Shown here one piece after another: positions 1 through 11,234 of a DNA stretch of 64,000 nucleotides (position 1 is its first letter; every line of letters starts with the position of its first letter). The stretch lies in the NCBI GenBank assembly GCA_965235115.1, contig OZ249439.1, positions 15,004,001-15,068,000 on the forward strand. Reading direction: 5' to 3'. The translations under genes and the position numbers were made by a program. The notes beneath the pieces are model-generated. The model saw nothing but the letters and a program-made list of their open reading frames with translations. It searched no databases and was not told the origin of the DNA. The stretch comes from Laetmonice hystrix. Lineage: Eukaryota.

Positions 1-638
1 TTTTGCAGTAGAGCAGGCCTGAAGTAAGTGTGATAAAAGGTGTTAAGCTTGGTGACCATGTCTGTGATGAACTCCTCATCTCTTGTTATTTTACATACTT
101 TAAAGTCCTTTAAGGTGAAAACACAAAAGTAGCACATTTTTCTACCTGAGCACAAAAGCTGGCCTTGCACTTGATAAAAGTACACGTGATTTCTGTCAAG
201 GGTAAGCCCAGAAGTACACTTCTTTAGATATGGCACAGTGACGTGGTCGATTTGCTTGTCCTTGGCAGTGTACGGACACTTAACCTCGACAATGACTTCA
301 GAATCAATGACTCTGTCAGGTGATGCTGCCAACCACGGAAAGTTTTCTTTTATGTATAGTCCGCATTCTTGTGTTTTTCCATGCACCTTTTCGAAATACT
401 CCACAGCGACAGACTCGTATGCTCGCCCATAGCTTGTCGCACGACTCCTGAATTCCTTGGGCGATAGCATTTGAGTCGCGAGCTTTGCCAAATCCCTTCT
501 TACTGTCGATTTTGCAATGCTTCCAAAATTAGAAGACGTGATTCTTTTGGATCTTTCCACCTTCCACAACTTGTTTCCTGCCTGTCCACGTGTTTTCTGT
601 TCTATTTCTGTAGTGTCAGCCTCTGTGATATGTGATAT
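1..638 (-). CDS. Exon 6 of the nuclease gene: YqaJ/lambda-exonuclease domain (open to window edge)
   Basis: Acceptor ttttttattcag; 212 codons without a stop; SPD...EVK catalytic motif and QxQGQ motif. Confidence 0.9.
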   Translation of the reverse strand, partial: MSHITEADTTEIEQKTRGQAGNKLWKVERSKRITSSNFGSIAKSTVRRDLAKLATQMLSPKEFRSRATSYGRAYESVAVEYFEKVHGKTQECGLYIKENFPWLAASPDRVIDSEVIVEVKCPYTAKDKQIDHVTVPYLKKCTSGLTLDRNHVYFYQVQGQLLCSGRKMCYFCVFTLKDFKVCKITRDEEFITDMVTKLNTFYHTYFRPALLQ

Positions 639-2974
639 CTGAATAAAAAAATTATTGTGGATGAGAAACATGTATAGGCCTATTCGCAACGACCTTCATT
701 AGTAGATCTAAGACAATATATTCAATGGAACAAAATTTCCATATGAATAGGCAAACTTGCTAGTCCTACCTAATTTAGATTTCATGCATTAGTGTATGAG
801 TGTAATGTAACAAAATTAATCTACCAGTAGATATAAAGTCATTCTATTATTTCATATCACTTGCTGTAGCCAGTAAATCAACCTGATCATAATATTAAGC
901 CTATAAGGCGTGTTAAAAAGTACCTTTTCTCTTTTTAAAAAGGCCTCTTCAGACGACATGTCATAGTCATGCATAGTGTTGTAAGCATATGGATCCGCAG
1001 GCTGGTAGAGTTGCAGCACAGGCATCTTTCCCTCACCCTGAAAATCAATTTTCATACAAGAATCATTCAGGAAAACCTTGAAATAATTTTAATGTCTTCT
1101 ATTGCAGAGTGGCTATATATAGTAAAACCATAATTCACAGGTCAAGATTCTGATGTATTTGTTACACTATTACAATTCATACTATGTACTAATTTTACCT
1201 GGAAATTGAGTACTGTGTTTCTGAAATGGTCTGGATAAGCTGGTTGCTGCCTATAATTCTGGGGTCTTGGGTCATATTCAAACTTCTGGTTGCGCATTTC
1301 TTGGATGTGGCATGCTTTCATTGGGGAACCTTTGTAGGGTTTCGTCTGGTGGAAAGTTTGCAATCTCTGAAATATAATTTATAACAAGGTGAATAAAATG
1401 CGTGTCTATGTTGCTTTCCTTTGAGATATTTAGACTCTAAACATAGATCTATATGAAAAGGCTTATTCCAACAAAAGAATTTACTGAGAAAAAGGATAAT
1501 TTGACCAAAATCATGCAAAACAAGTGGGTTACTTTAAAAAAAAATATATTTCATTGTCCAGAGAAGTATAGGCTAAATTTACCTGTGTACATGTTTGCTC
1601 AGTGATTATGTCTCCCTGAGAAGTAAGGCAGTGTATGCCATACAGAACACAGGCCACATGTTTACAGTGTGCTGCAGGACCCTGACCAGCCGCACACTCA
1701 CACTGTGCTTCCTGGATCACCTGGTGGTCATCTACAGCCACATCCACCTTATAGGCTACACTCTTTTTCATTTCAGCCCATATGCTTCCAGTTAGGTAGA
1801 AAATCCCTTTGGCATTGGTTGGTGACATGCGAACAAATCTGAGGTATCTGTAGGAAGAATACAGTGGCAATTATTGAATGTACCCATCTCAACCATGCAA
1901 GTATTTTTTACCAGGAGAGTTGATGACCCAACAGGTGTCATTTTCATATATATATGCAAAATTATGTAAGTAAAGTTTTTATTTTAATTTTGAAATACAC
2001 AAGACTGAAACTCTTGCCCACAAAGTTGCATTTCACTGAGAAGATATGAGCTTTGAGATAATAAATGACATACCGGGTACCTTTGCTTGTATAATTGTTT
2101 GATTTTTTCTTCAAACTCCTTGTCCTGGTTCTTAAGGTATTGTAGAATTCTACACATAGGTAAATCAGGCAGTACAGAACCTGCATGTACATCACTGTAG
2201 GTTGATGGCTCAGGCAAGATCATGTCATACTCGTCCTCCATGTCCTGTTCCCTATTTGTCACCTGCATGATGTCAAGCGACTCAAGCCTGAATATTGAAC
2301 AAGAAGAATAAACTGGTACTTTACTAAAAAAAACATGAGGCAGATGCAGAATTTTCAAGGGAGAATCACTAAAGAGACGGGGGGGGGGGGAGCTAGGAAA
2401 AAAATTATGTCTACGACTCTGAGCCAGGTAAACCAAGATTCAGTCAATCTATCAGAGTAAAAAAATTTTTTTCAAAGTGTAGCTAAAAAAAAAGGATATA
2501 AGAATCCATTCAGTCAACTGCTGCCTAACACAAAAATAACAAAAGCACCCTTAGTTAAGTTAGGTGTCTCCAGTTTGAGTTACACTTTTCCATATTTTTT
2601 TAATGACACGAAATAGGCCTATAATGCCTATAATATACATTTCTACATCTGAGTTCAATAGTTCTACTATTTGTATGTTGGCACTGAATTAACATGATCG
2701 TCTAGATCTAGACTTCTTAGCTGTGCCTATTACTAGTGGAAATGCTACAGAAATATGAAAGTTTGAGTGCAACAAAGCTAAACTTAAGTGCAACACGTGT
2801 GACCCCCTGACCCTGACTGAGAGTGAGACAGCAGCAGCATGATGATGCTAATAATTGCCGTTAATTTACTTACCTTTCCAAAAGATCCCTTTTCTTGCCA
2901 GAACACTTGATTCTTCTTCTTTTTAGCTCTGCTTGTAGCTGTTTCAACGTCCATGATTTGTACTTTGACGACAT
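1..2974 (-). CDS. SAP + SWIM zinc finger + YqaJ/lambda-exonuclease-like nuclease, 6 exons (2974-2874, 2287-2081, 1847-1583, 1366-1199, 1037-924, 638-<1), about 497 aa visible, 3' end beyond window
   Basis: Manual splicing with GT-AG sites and matching phases gives an uninterrupted frame: SAP-like YKSWTLKQLQAELKRRRIKCSGKKRDLLERL; SWIM CECAAGQGPAAHCKH (CxC...CxH); YqaJ motifs TRGQAGNKLW..RITSSNFG, WLAASPD, VEVKCP, YQVQGQL. Confidence 0.88.
924..1037 (-). CDS. Exon 5 of the nuclease gene (GEGKMPVLQL...FLKREK)
   Basis: ttttcag / gtactt boundaries, 114 nt, phase 0-0. Confidence 0.8.
1199..1366 (-). CDS. Exon 4 of the nuclease gene (RLQTFHQ...VLNFQ)
   Basis: atttcag / gtaaaa boundaries, 168 nt, phase 0-0. 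Confidence 0.82.
1583..1847 (-). CDS. Exon 3 of the nuclease gene: SWIM zinc finger
   Basis: cctacag / gtaaat boundaries; AQCECAAGQGPAAHCKHVACVL. Confidence 0.88.
2081..2287 (-). CDS. Exon 2 of the nuclease gene (LESLDIMQ...LYKQR)
   Basis: tattcag / gtaccc boundaries, 207 nt, phase 2-2. Confidence 0.8.
2874..2974 (-). CDS. Exon 1 of the nuclease gene: SAP domain
   Basis: ATG at 2974; MSSKYKSWTLKQLQAELKRRRIKCSGKKRDLLER; donor gtaagt. Confidence 0.8.
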
Positions 2975-5900
2975 AATTTCCACGTTGACACGAGTCCTTT
3001 GTCTGCCAAGTCACTCACTCACTGGATGCTGCCGGGAGTGAGCGACAATACGTTCGGTACGCCCGCTTGCAGCGCCGCGGTGCGGCAAAAATGTGCCGGT
3101 ACCCCATTGCCATTGATTGACAGGAAGGCGAGTCAGGTAAGGAGGTCCTGGTGTGCGATAGGCTCCTAGGATACGATGGAATCTGACATATACCGACAAT
3201 AGGTATCTTTGGCTCTCGGACTATATCCACTCGAGTCACAATAATGAAAAATACAACTTTCAAACGCAGTCACACACCAAAATAGGGCGTTCTTCTGTAT
3301 GTTATATTGTTACATAACTCATTCGGTCAGAAAGAGAGAGAGAGAGAGAGATTTTATTATAAACGGCATACATTGCCCTCACTGATCGTGTTGCATTACA
3401 AGGACTGTATGCCTACAATTCTGGAAGGGAATTTCTATTATTTGTCACATGTATTAAAACATATAGAAACGGAACTAATAGTTCCCCATTCAGAGTCCAA
3501 TAAACTTTTGGCAATACGAGACCGGCTTGACGAGTGTGGCAGAGAATGGTGCTGTAAACCACAGAATTCTCCACTGTGAACGAGAGTCGTATATTGATAA
3601 CACGAGTATTGATCTGTTGTAACACAGATCAAGTCATATAAATGGCACGCGTTGTCAAAACAAACTGTGGGCCAGGTAACCACGCTACAAAGGTATTCAG
3701 TCGTACAAGATGTTACATGTCCATGACGGGTCAGTCCTAACTTATGGCATACCGGTTATACTTCACTCATACAAGTCGGGTCGAGTTAGGCCGAGTCATG
3801 CCGGGGAAATATATATAACCATCAATAACCAACCCCGAAAAATCACTCAGTCACAGAGAATAATATGTATACACATATGTTAGGATATAATGTTGGTTGA
3901 CAGTCGTGCAATCTTCAAGAGTTTGTACCAAAAAAATGAAATATATCATTTATACTCGGAATGCAACAGCCTGGAGGATTTCAACAATCACTATATACAA
4001 CAGCGACAGTTGTGACGCGCGAGCAACATTTCTCAGACACTTGGCTTACAAAAAATGTCCCAATGTTCAAGATGGACGCACTGTATACTTCAATATTCCC
4101 ACATGTCTTTATTCGGCGGGGTCGTATATAGATAAGTTATCTATAGCTTACAGATCCTTCCTTCCCACCCGCCAACCCGCTCCTTCGTTCCACCTCTAAT
4201 CGTAGCATCCTGTGTTATACATAGGCCAACATGTTGTTTTAATCATGACGGAATCCACCATAATTAGTGCAAGGTGTTCGACATTATGACCTTGACTCTG
4301 ACCTCTGTTTAGGCCAAGTCATATGAGAGCAGGAAGAGAAAGGTCACGGAAAGGTCGCGACGGGAAGGGCAGCGTCTGTATGACTTGGTGTGACTTTGCC
4401 AAGTGGTCAATCGTGGTAGTCATGTCCCTCATTTGCATTACTGATAACGGGACAATGTGCTACTAATTAAGACAATTAGCGCCGCATAATTGTTGACACA
4501 TATTGAGACTGTGTTTCACACAATCCCTCATGTCCCACTCCCCCCCTATTGATAGGCTTAATAATATAATTTATGATACTATGACTTGTGTCTCAGAAGG
4601 AACGATTGCGTCCCTCCATGTTCTACTCCTGTATTACCAACTTTTACAATGGACTCTGGGCTACCAGCACAACTTCTGACGCGTATCAACTTTCTCTCAG
4701 ACACAGTTAAAGACTGACTGTGTCTAATGTTAATGACTTCAATATACATAACTCCCCGATTACACTATACGTCATCCTAATTACTTATAAATGTACACGC
4801 ATGCCATGTGTCAGATGGAAGACGCCACTTGAGGTAGGGTCAGGTGTACTGATTAGTCTGGTGATTAAGGACGGCAGGACCATTGATGAGGACTATTGGA
4901 GGATGCGCAAACATTGCTTATAACTGACAACAACGGGGAGGGGGGCTCTGGGGAACAAAAAGATTTTAATCGCACGTAGCCGCTATAATCTCTCTGCTTT
5001 ACATTGTGGTAGACCGTTAGGGCGGGGTATACTGGTGGTGGTGGTGGTGGTGGGTGCTGCCAGGATTACGTTGATGACCGATCTATATGGCGGTCGGTGG
5101 GACATTCACCTAGCTCGAGTATAGTATAACTGTCGTCTGGTATTCCATAGGGAAGTGTTTCCCGGTCAATATGACGAGTGTCTTATCGTACATCCGGTAA
5201 GAAATTGTCACCCATCAATTGTTTCTATCAAAGGAACACGTCAAATAGACTACGCAAGGACCACGACATGAAGGTTGCGCAAATAGATTCTAAGTCAACG
5301 TTACACAGTAACTTGTAAGACAACAAACGGGAACCTAACAATGTACACCTTCTAGTTTCCTTGTACCATCATACATCCGGTTCTAGCTACTACATTGGTA
5401 CTATGATATCCTACATCACGGCTCTGGTTTCTGTCTCAACCAGCATGGATTGAGTGATTCCTGATACATTCAGGATTCAATAAAGTCAGTTGGGGGTTTT
5501 AAGCTGTGTCATCATCATCATGCTGATGAATATTATTTGTGGTGCTTACAAGAACTGTGACAAACGGAAGCCACTTAAACCATTGGAGTTCACATTCCTC
5601 CACCCGTAATTAACAGCGTATAATTTCACGGCTGTCCATCAAGTTTTCGGTCCTGGTGGTGTGGGCCTGGGGCGTGGAGACGGTCCGACCACCTGGCTTG
5701 TCACCAGTCACTGGGGCGCCACCTGGTGAGAATAGAGACAACACCCCGGGGGGCGGGACACTTTCACGCCAGTAATTATATCTCTCCAATGGGCGGTCGT
5801 CTGCTTCAACGGACGCCCAAATGAGGCCATAGTCCGCGTCAAGTACTTAATAAGGGCACTCCACCGAAAAGGTCTTGGCGGTGGCCAGAACGTGGTCTCG

Positions 5901-6180
5901 AAATTATGATGTTTGACTTTAAGACGCGACCGACAAACGAGCCGGCCCTATTGTGACAATTTACACTCGATGGGATTTGTCAAGGCAGGGGAATTATTTC
6001 TATGGTGTCAGAAACCTGAACCGTATTCAGGGACGCTAGGGGGTAAAGAACACAATGCTCTTGTTTGTCAGCTGAGAAAATAGTTGTCACACTGAGAATT
6101 AATCAAATCAAACGTCCGTCGTACAACGGAATTTCAAATAGAGTTTATCTCAGACATAGACGGCAATTACCACACCATGA

Positions 6181-9100
6181 CTCATCCTAAACCTATCTTT
6201 ATCAATACCGTATACTGTCATTGTATTGTCATCCTTGTATTATAGTGTGATCGCAGTAAGGACTCGGTGATCATCAATCGTCTAAACCTATCTATATCAA
6301 TACCGTATACTGTCATTGTACTGTCATCCGTGTATTATAGTGTGATCGCAGTAAGGAAGACTCGGTGATCATCAATCGTCTAAACCTATCTATATCAATA
6401 CCGTATACTGTCATTGTACTGTCATCCGTGTATTATAGTGTGATCGCAGTAAGGAGGACTCGGTGATCATCAATCGTCTAAACCTATCTATATCAATACC
6501 GTATACTGTCATTGTTGTCATCCGTGTATTATAGTGTGATCGCAGTAAGGACTCGGTGATCATCAATCGTCTAAACCTATCTATATCAATACCGTATACT
6601 GTCATTGTTGTCATCCTTGTATTATAGTGTGATCGCAGTAAGGACTCGGTGATCATCAATCGTCTAAACCTATCTATATCAATACCGTATACTGTCATTG
6701 TATTGTCATCCTTGTATTATAGTGTGATCGCAGTAAGGAGGACTCGGTGATCATCAATCGTCTAAACCTATCTATATCAATACCGTATACTGTCATTGTT
6801 GTCATCCTTGTATTATAGTGTGATCGCAGTAAGGACTCGGTGATCATCAATCGTCTAAACCTATCTATATCAATACCGTATACTGTCATTGTTGTCATCC
6901 TTGTAATATAGTGTGATCGCAGTAAGGACTCGGTGATCATCAATCGTCTAAACCTATCTATATCAATACCGTATACTGTCATTGTTGTCATCCTTGTATT
7001 ATAGTGTGATCGCAGTAAGGACTCGGTGATCATCAATCGTCTAAACCTATCTATATCAATACCGTATACTGTCATTGTTGTCATCCTTGTATTATAGTGT
7101 GATCGCAGTAAGGACTCGGTGATCATCAATCGTCTAAACCTATCTATATCAATACCGTATACTGTCATTGTATTGTCATCCTTGTATTATAGTGTGATCG
7201 CAGTAAGGACTCGGTGATCATCAATCGTCTAAACCTATCTATATCAATACCGTATACTGTCATTGTATTGTCATCCTTGTATTATAGTGTGATCGCAGTA
7301 AGGAGGACTCGGTGATCATCAATCATCTAAACCTATCTATATCAATACCGTATACTGTCATTGTATTGTCATCCTTGTATTATAGTGTGATCGCAGTAAG
7401 GACTCGGTGATCATCAATCGTCTAAACCTATCTATATCAATACCGTATACTGTCATTGTTGTCATCCTTGTATTATAGTGTGATCGCAGTAAGGACTCGG
7501 TGATCATCAATCGTCTAAACCTATCTATATCAATACCGTATACTGTCATTGTTGTCATCCTTGTATTATAGTGTGATCGCAGTAAGGACTCGGTGATCAT
7601 CAATCGTCTAAACCTATCTTTATCAATACCGTATACTGTCATTGTTGTCATCCTTGTATTATAGTGTGATCGCAGTAAGGAGGACTCGGTGATCATCAAT
7701 CGTCTAAACCTATCTATATCAATACCGTATACTGTCATTGTATTGTCATCCTTGTATTATAGTGTGATCGCAGTAAGGAGGACTCGGTGATCATCAATCG
7801 TCTAAACCTATCTATATCAATACCGTATACTGTCATTGTATTGTCATCCTTGTATTATAGTGTGATCGCAGTAAGGAGGACTCGGTGATCATCAATCGTC
7901 TAAACCTATCTATATCAATACCGTATACTGTCATTGTTGTCATCCTTGTATTATAGTGTGATCGCAGTAAGGACTCGGTGATCATCAATCGTCTAAACCT
8001 ATCTATATCAATACCGTATACTGTCATTGTTGTCATCCTTGTATTATAGTGTGATCGCAGTAAGGACTCGGTGATCATCAATCGTCTAAACCTATCTTTA
8101 TCAATACCGTATACTGTCATTGTTGTCATCCTTGTATTATAGTGTGATCGCAGTAAGGAGGACTCGGTGATCATCAATCGTCTAAACCTATCTATATCAA
8201 TACCGTATACTGTCATTGTATTGTCATCCTTGTATTATAGTGTGATCGCAGTAAGGAGGACTCGGTGATCATCAATCGTCTAAACCTATCTATATCAATA
8301 CCGTATACTGTCATTGTATTGTCATCCTTGTATTATAGTGTGATCGCAGTAAGGACTCGGTGATCATCAATCGTCTAAACCTATCTATATCAATACCGTA
8401 TACTGTCATTGTATTGTCATCCTTGTATTATAGTGTGATCGCAGTAAGGAGGACTCGGTGATCATCAATCGTCTAAACCTATCTATATCAATACCGTATA
8501 CTGTCATTGTATTGTCATCCTTGTATTATAGTGTGATCGCAGTAAGGACTCGGTGATCATCAATCGTCTAAACCTATCTATATCAATACCGTATACTGTC
8601 ATTGTTGTCATCCTTGTATTATAGTGTGATCGCAGTAAGGACTCGGTGATCATCAATCGTCTAAACCTATCTATATCAATACCGTATACTGTCATTGTTG
8701 TCATCCTTGTATTATAGTGTGATCGCAGTAAGGAAGACTCGGTGATCATCAATCGTCTAAACCTATCTATATCAATACCGTATACTGTCATTGTTGTCAT
8801 CCTTGTATTATAATTAGACTCGGTGATCATCAATCGTCTAAACCTATCTATATCAATACCGTATACTGTCATTGTATTGTCATCCTTGTATTATAGTGTG
8901 ATCGCAGTCAGGACTCGGTGATTATCAATCGTCTAAACCTATCTATATCAATACCGTATACTGTCATTGTTGTCATCCTTGTATTATAGTGTGATCGCAG
9001 TAAGGAGGACTCGGTGATCATCAATCGTCTAAACCTATCTATATCAATACCGTATACTGTCATTGTTGTCATCCTTGTATTATAGTGTGATCGCAGTAAG

Positions 9101-9216
9101 GACTCGGTGATCATCAATCGTCTAAACCTATCTATATCAATACCGTGTACTGTCATTGTCATCCTTGTATTATAGTGTGATCGCAGTAAGGAGGACTCGG
9201 TGATCATCAATCGTCT
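6181..9216. repeat. Tandem array, 93-98 bp unit, about 32 copies; unit = intron end + acceptor + first about 41 nt of gene A exon 9176
   Basis: Unit ...gtcatccttgtattatag|tgtgatcgcagtaagg(ag)gactcggtgatcatcaatcgtct aaacctatctatatcaataccgtatactgtcattg...; the last copy continues into the real exon. Confidence 0.97.
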
Positions 9217-9334
9217 CATTGACTCGAGCCGGAAACTATTAGTTATTGGAGGGAGCTGTATCCGGAGCGATATCAACCAATCGAAACCTTGGAAGAGATA
9301 TCACAAAGGTGTTCTCGGTAACCGCGTGCCCCAG
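9176..9334 (+). CDS. Gene A exon (CDRSKEDSVIINRLIDSSRKLLVIGGSC...VPQ), VFT lobe 1
   Basis: tattatag / gtagga boundaries, 53 codons; begins CD and ends Q in phase 0 before VSFG, like the homologous GABA-B exon. Confidence 0.8.
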
Positions 9335-11195
9335 GTAGGAACTTCAAGATGAGAGAAAGAAACCTGACCTCAATCATTATCATTTTGTAAGGAAATTTTG
9401 TAACAGCCTGTACAACACCAAATTCATATACTTTAGCCTTCTCTAACGATATTTGTTTGTTTATCAGGTCTCGTTTGGGCGTCACTTTTCGGACGATTCC
9501 TATGATATGACCGTCCGCCCGCTTGTCATCAACGCCCACCGCCACCTAGCGGATTGGTTATTAAAGGAGGGTTGGCACCAGGTGGCGCTGGTGCATGACC
9601 TGTCGTTCCCAGCCTGGCAGGTATGTGTACGGCCGACAGACATCAACTAGAAATTGTTCAGTCCGAACAGGACGTCTCCCCTTTTTTAAATCAATCACAT
9701 TATATATTGTTTGACCCAACTAGTCTGAAAGTAGTGTGTTGTGAGCTATGGCAGATTTTCTATGCCAAAAAAAACCACGATATAATAATAGTAGTAGCGC
9801 GGCCAGAGGTGTAGGCAGAACTGAGATGCGGGGGGGGGGGGGCAACCATAATATTAGTCATTCATATAGATCTATTTAGTTACTTAATTATCTATTAATT
9901 ATCTTTTTTGGGGAGGGGAGGGGTTCCAGACAACCCGGAAACCCCCCTAGCTACACCCTTGGGCCGGGGTAATATGCGGTAGTCCAAAGCGGTTTTGGGT
10001 GAATGAAAGGGTTGTGATAATGGTAGTGCGTGTTCGACTAAGCTATACCGACTGCTTGATACTGCCTGGCGCGTCAGAATGCAGGAAAGGAAGAAGGTGG
10101 TGTCGTTGGCCGGCATAAGAAGAAGATAAAATATGGGCAGCGCGGCCATCACAGAGGCACATCCTCAATGTATTTTTAGATAAGCTAATAATAAGCGAGC
10201 TATCAAAGACGGGAGTGTGACCAATGACAGCCAAGCTCTCAGTAGGTGTTACCGGCTCCTACTCGCGTCGACCCCAGAGCGAGTGAGCCGAGAACCAGCT
10301 TAGGATCTGACCTCCTATAAATAGATGCAGGCGTGGCGAGGTCAGGCACCTTGTTGCCGGGCAACGACCCCTGACCGAGTGGTGGTGGACCCTTGTTTAC
10401 GCGACACGCGAGCGTTTTACGCTGTGTGGCTGTGTGTCGGAAAGACGGCCACATAAGTCGGAAACTATTAACTGTAGAGAATAACACTTAGTGTAGCGGT
10501 GTAGGCAAAGACCTGGAGATTCTTCTCCACCAAGTTTCATAAAGATACGGTCAGGGGTTTGGGAGATATAAAAGGCTTCTCTAAGGTTGGCACGGTACTG
10601 AGGTCAAAGGTCATGAAGTGCTAAAAATAGCAAAATCCCGAGAAAATATCCACAGTTGTCTTTTCCCCAAATTAGGACTTTCTAGCCCCGGTAGTTTTTG
10701 GGCTGATGTCAAGTAAGCGCCCAACCACTTCGAAAATGTTGAAGGTCACACAGAGGTCATCTGGGGTCACACGAACGTGTCCTCCGGGAAATCTAAATTT
10801 GGCACATAGATGACCCTGCTGACCAAATTTGATGTTATTCCAGCCAGTATTTTCCGAGTTATGGCTTTGGCAAAAAAATGGCACGTGCCATAATTTTTAG
10901 ATCAGCCGCCATCTTGAAAGTTCTAGGTCAACCAAACTGGTTATCGAACTTGTCCAAGCCCCGGATGAAAGAAGGCCGACATACCAATTTTGGATCGATT
11001 CAGGCTATTTTTCTCGCGTTATCGTGATCACAGCACAAGTTGGCACATTCGTGCCACGGAAGAGGTCAAAGGTCAAATGGCACTATAATTAGAAACAAAG
11101 ATTTTTCAGAAGGTTCTGTCGGGGCATTTCAAATTTGATAACTCCCTCTCTAACAGTGGCCGAGTTATTCCAAAAAGAAGGAAATAAAAGAAACA

Positions 11196-11234
<39 letters not shown>

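Noticed and set aside
6181-9216. Possible CRISPR array or phage-like repeat locus
   Set aside because: Units are contiguous near-identical copies with no unique spacers, there are no cas genes, and the context is eukaryotic and spliced.
6411-9276. Series of minus-strand ORFs of repeated MTVYGIDIDRFRRLMITESLLRSHYNTRMTT
   Set aside because: Antisense reading of the 93/96-bp array; frames break at each 95/98-bp unit and the unit derives from a plus-strand intron-exon junction.
9802-9962. Possible hAT-like MITE (ccagaggtgtagg...ctacacccttgg)
   Set aside because: Terminal similarity is weak and no 8-bp target-site duplication is visible.
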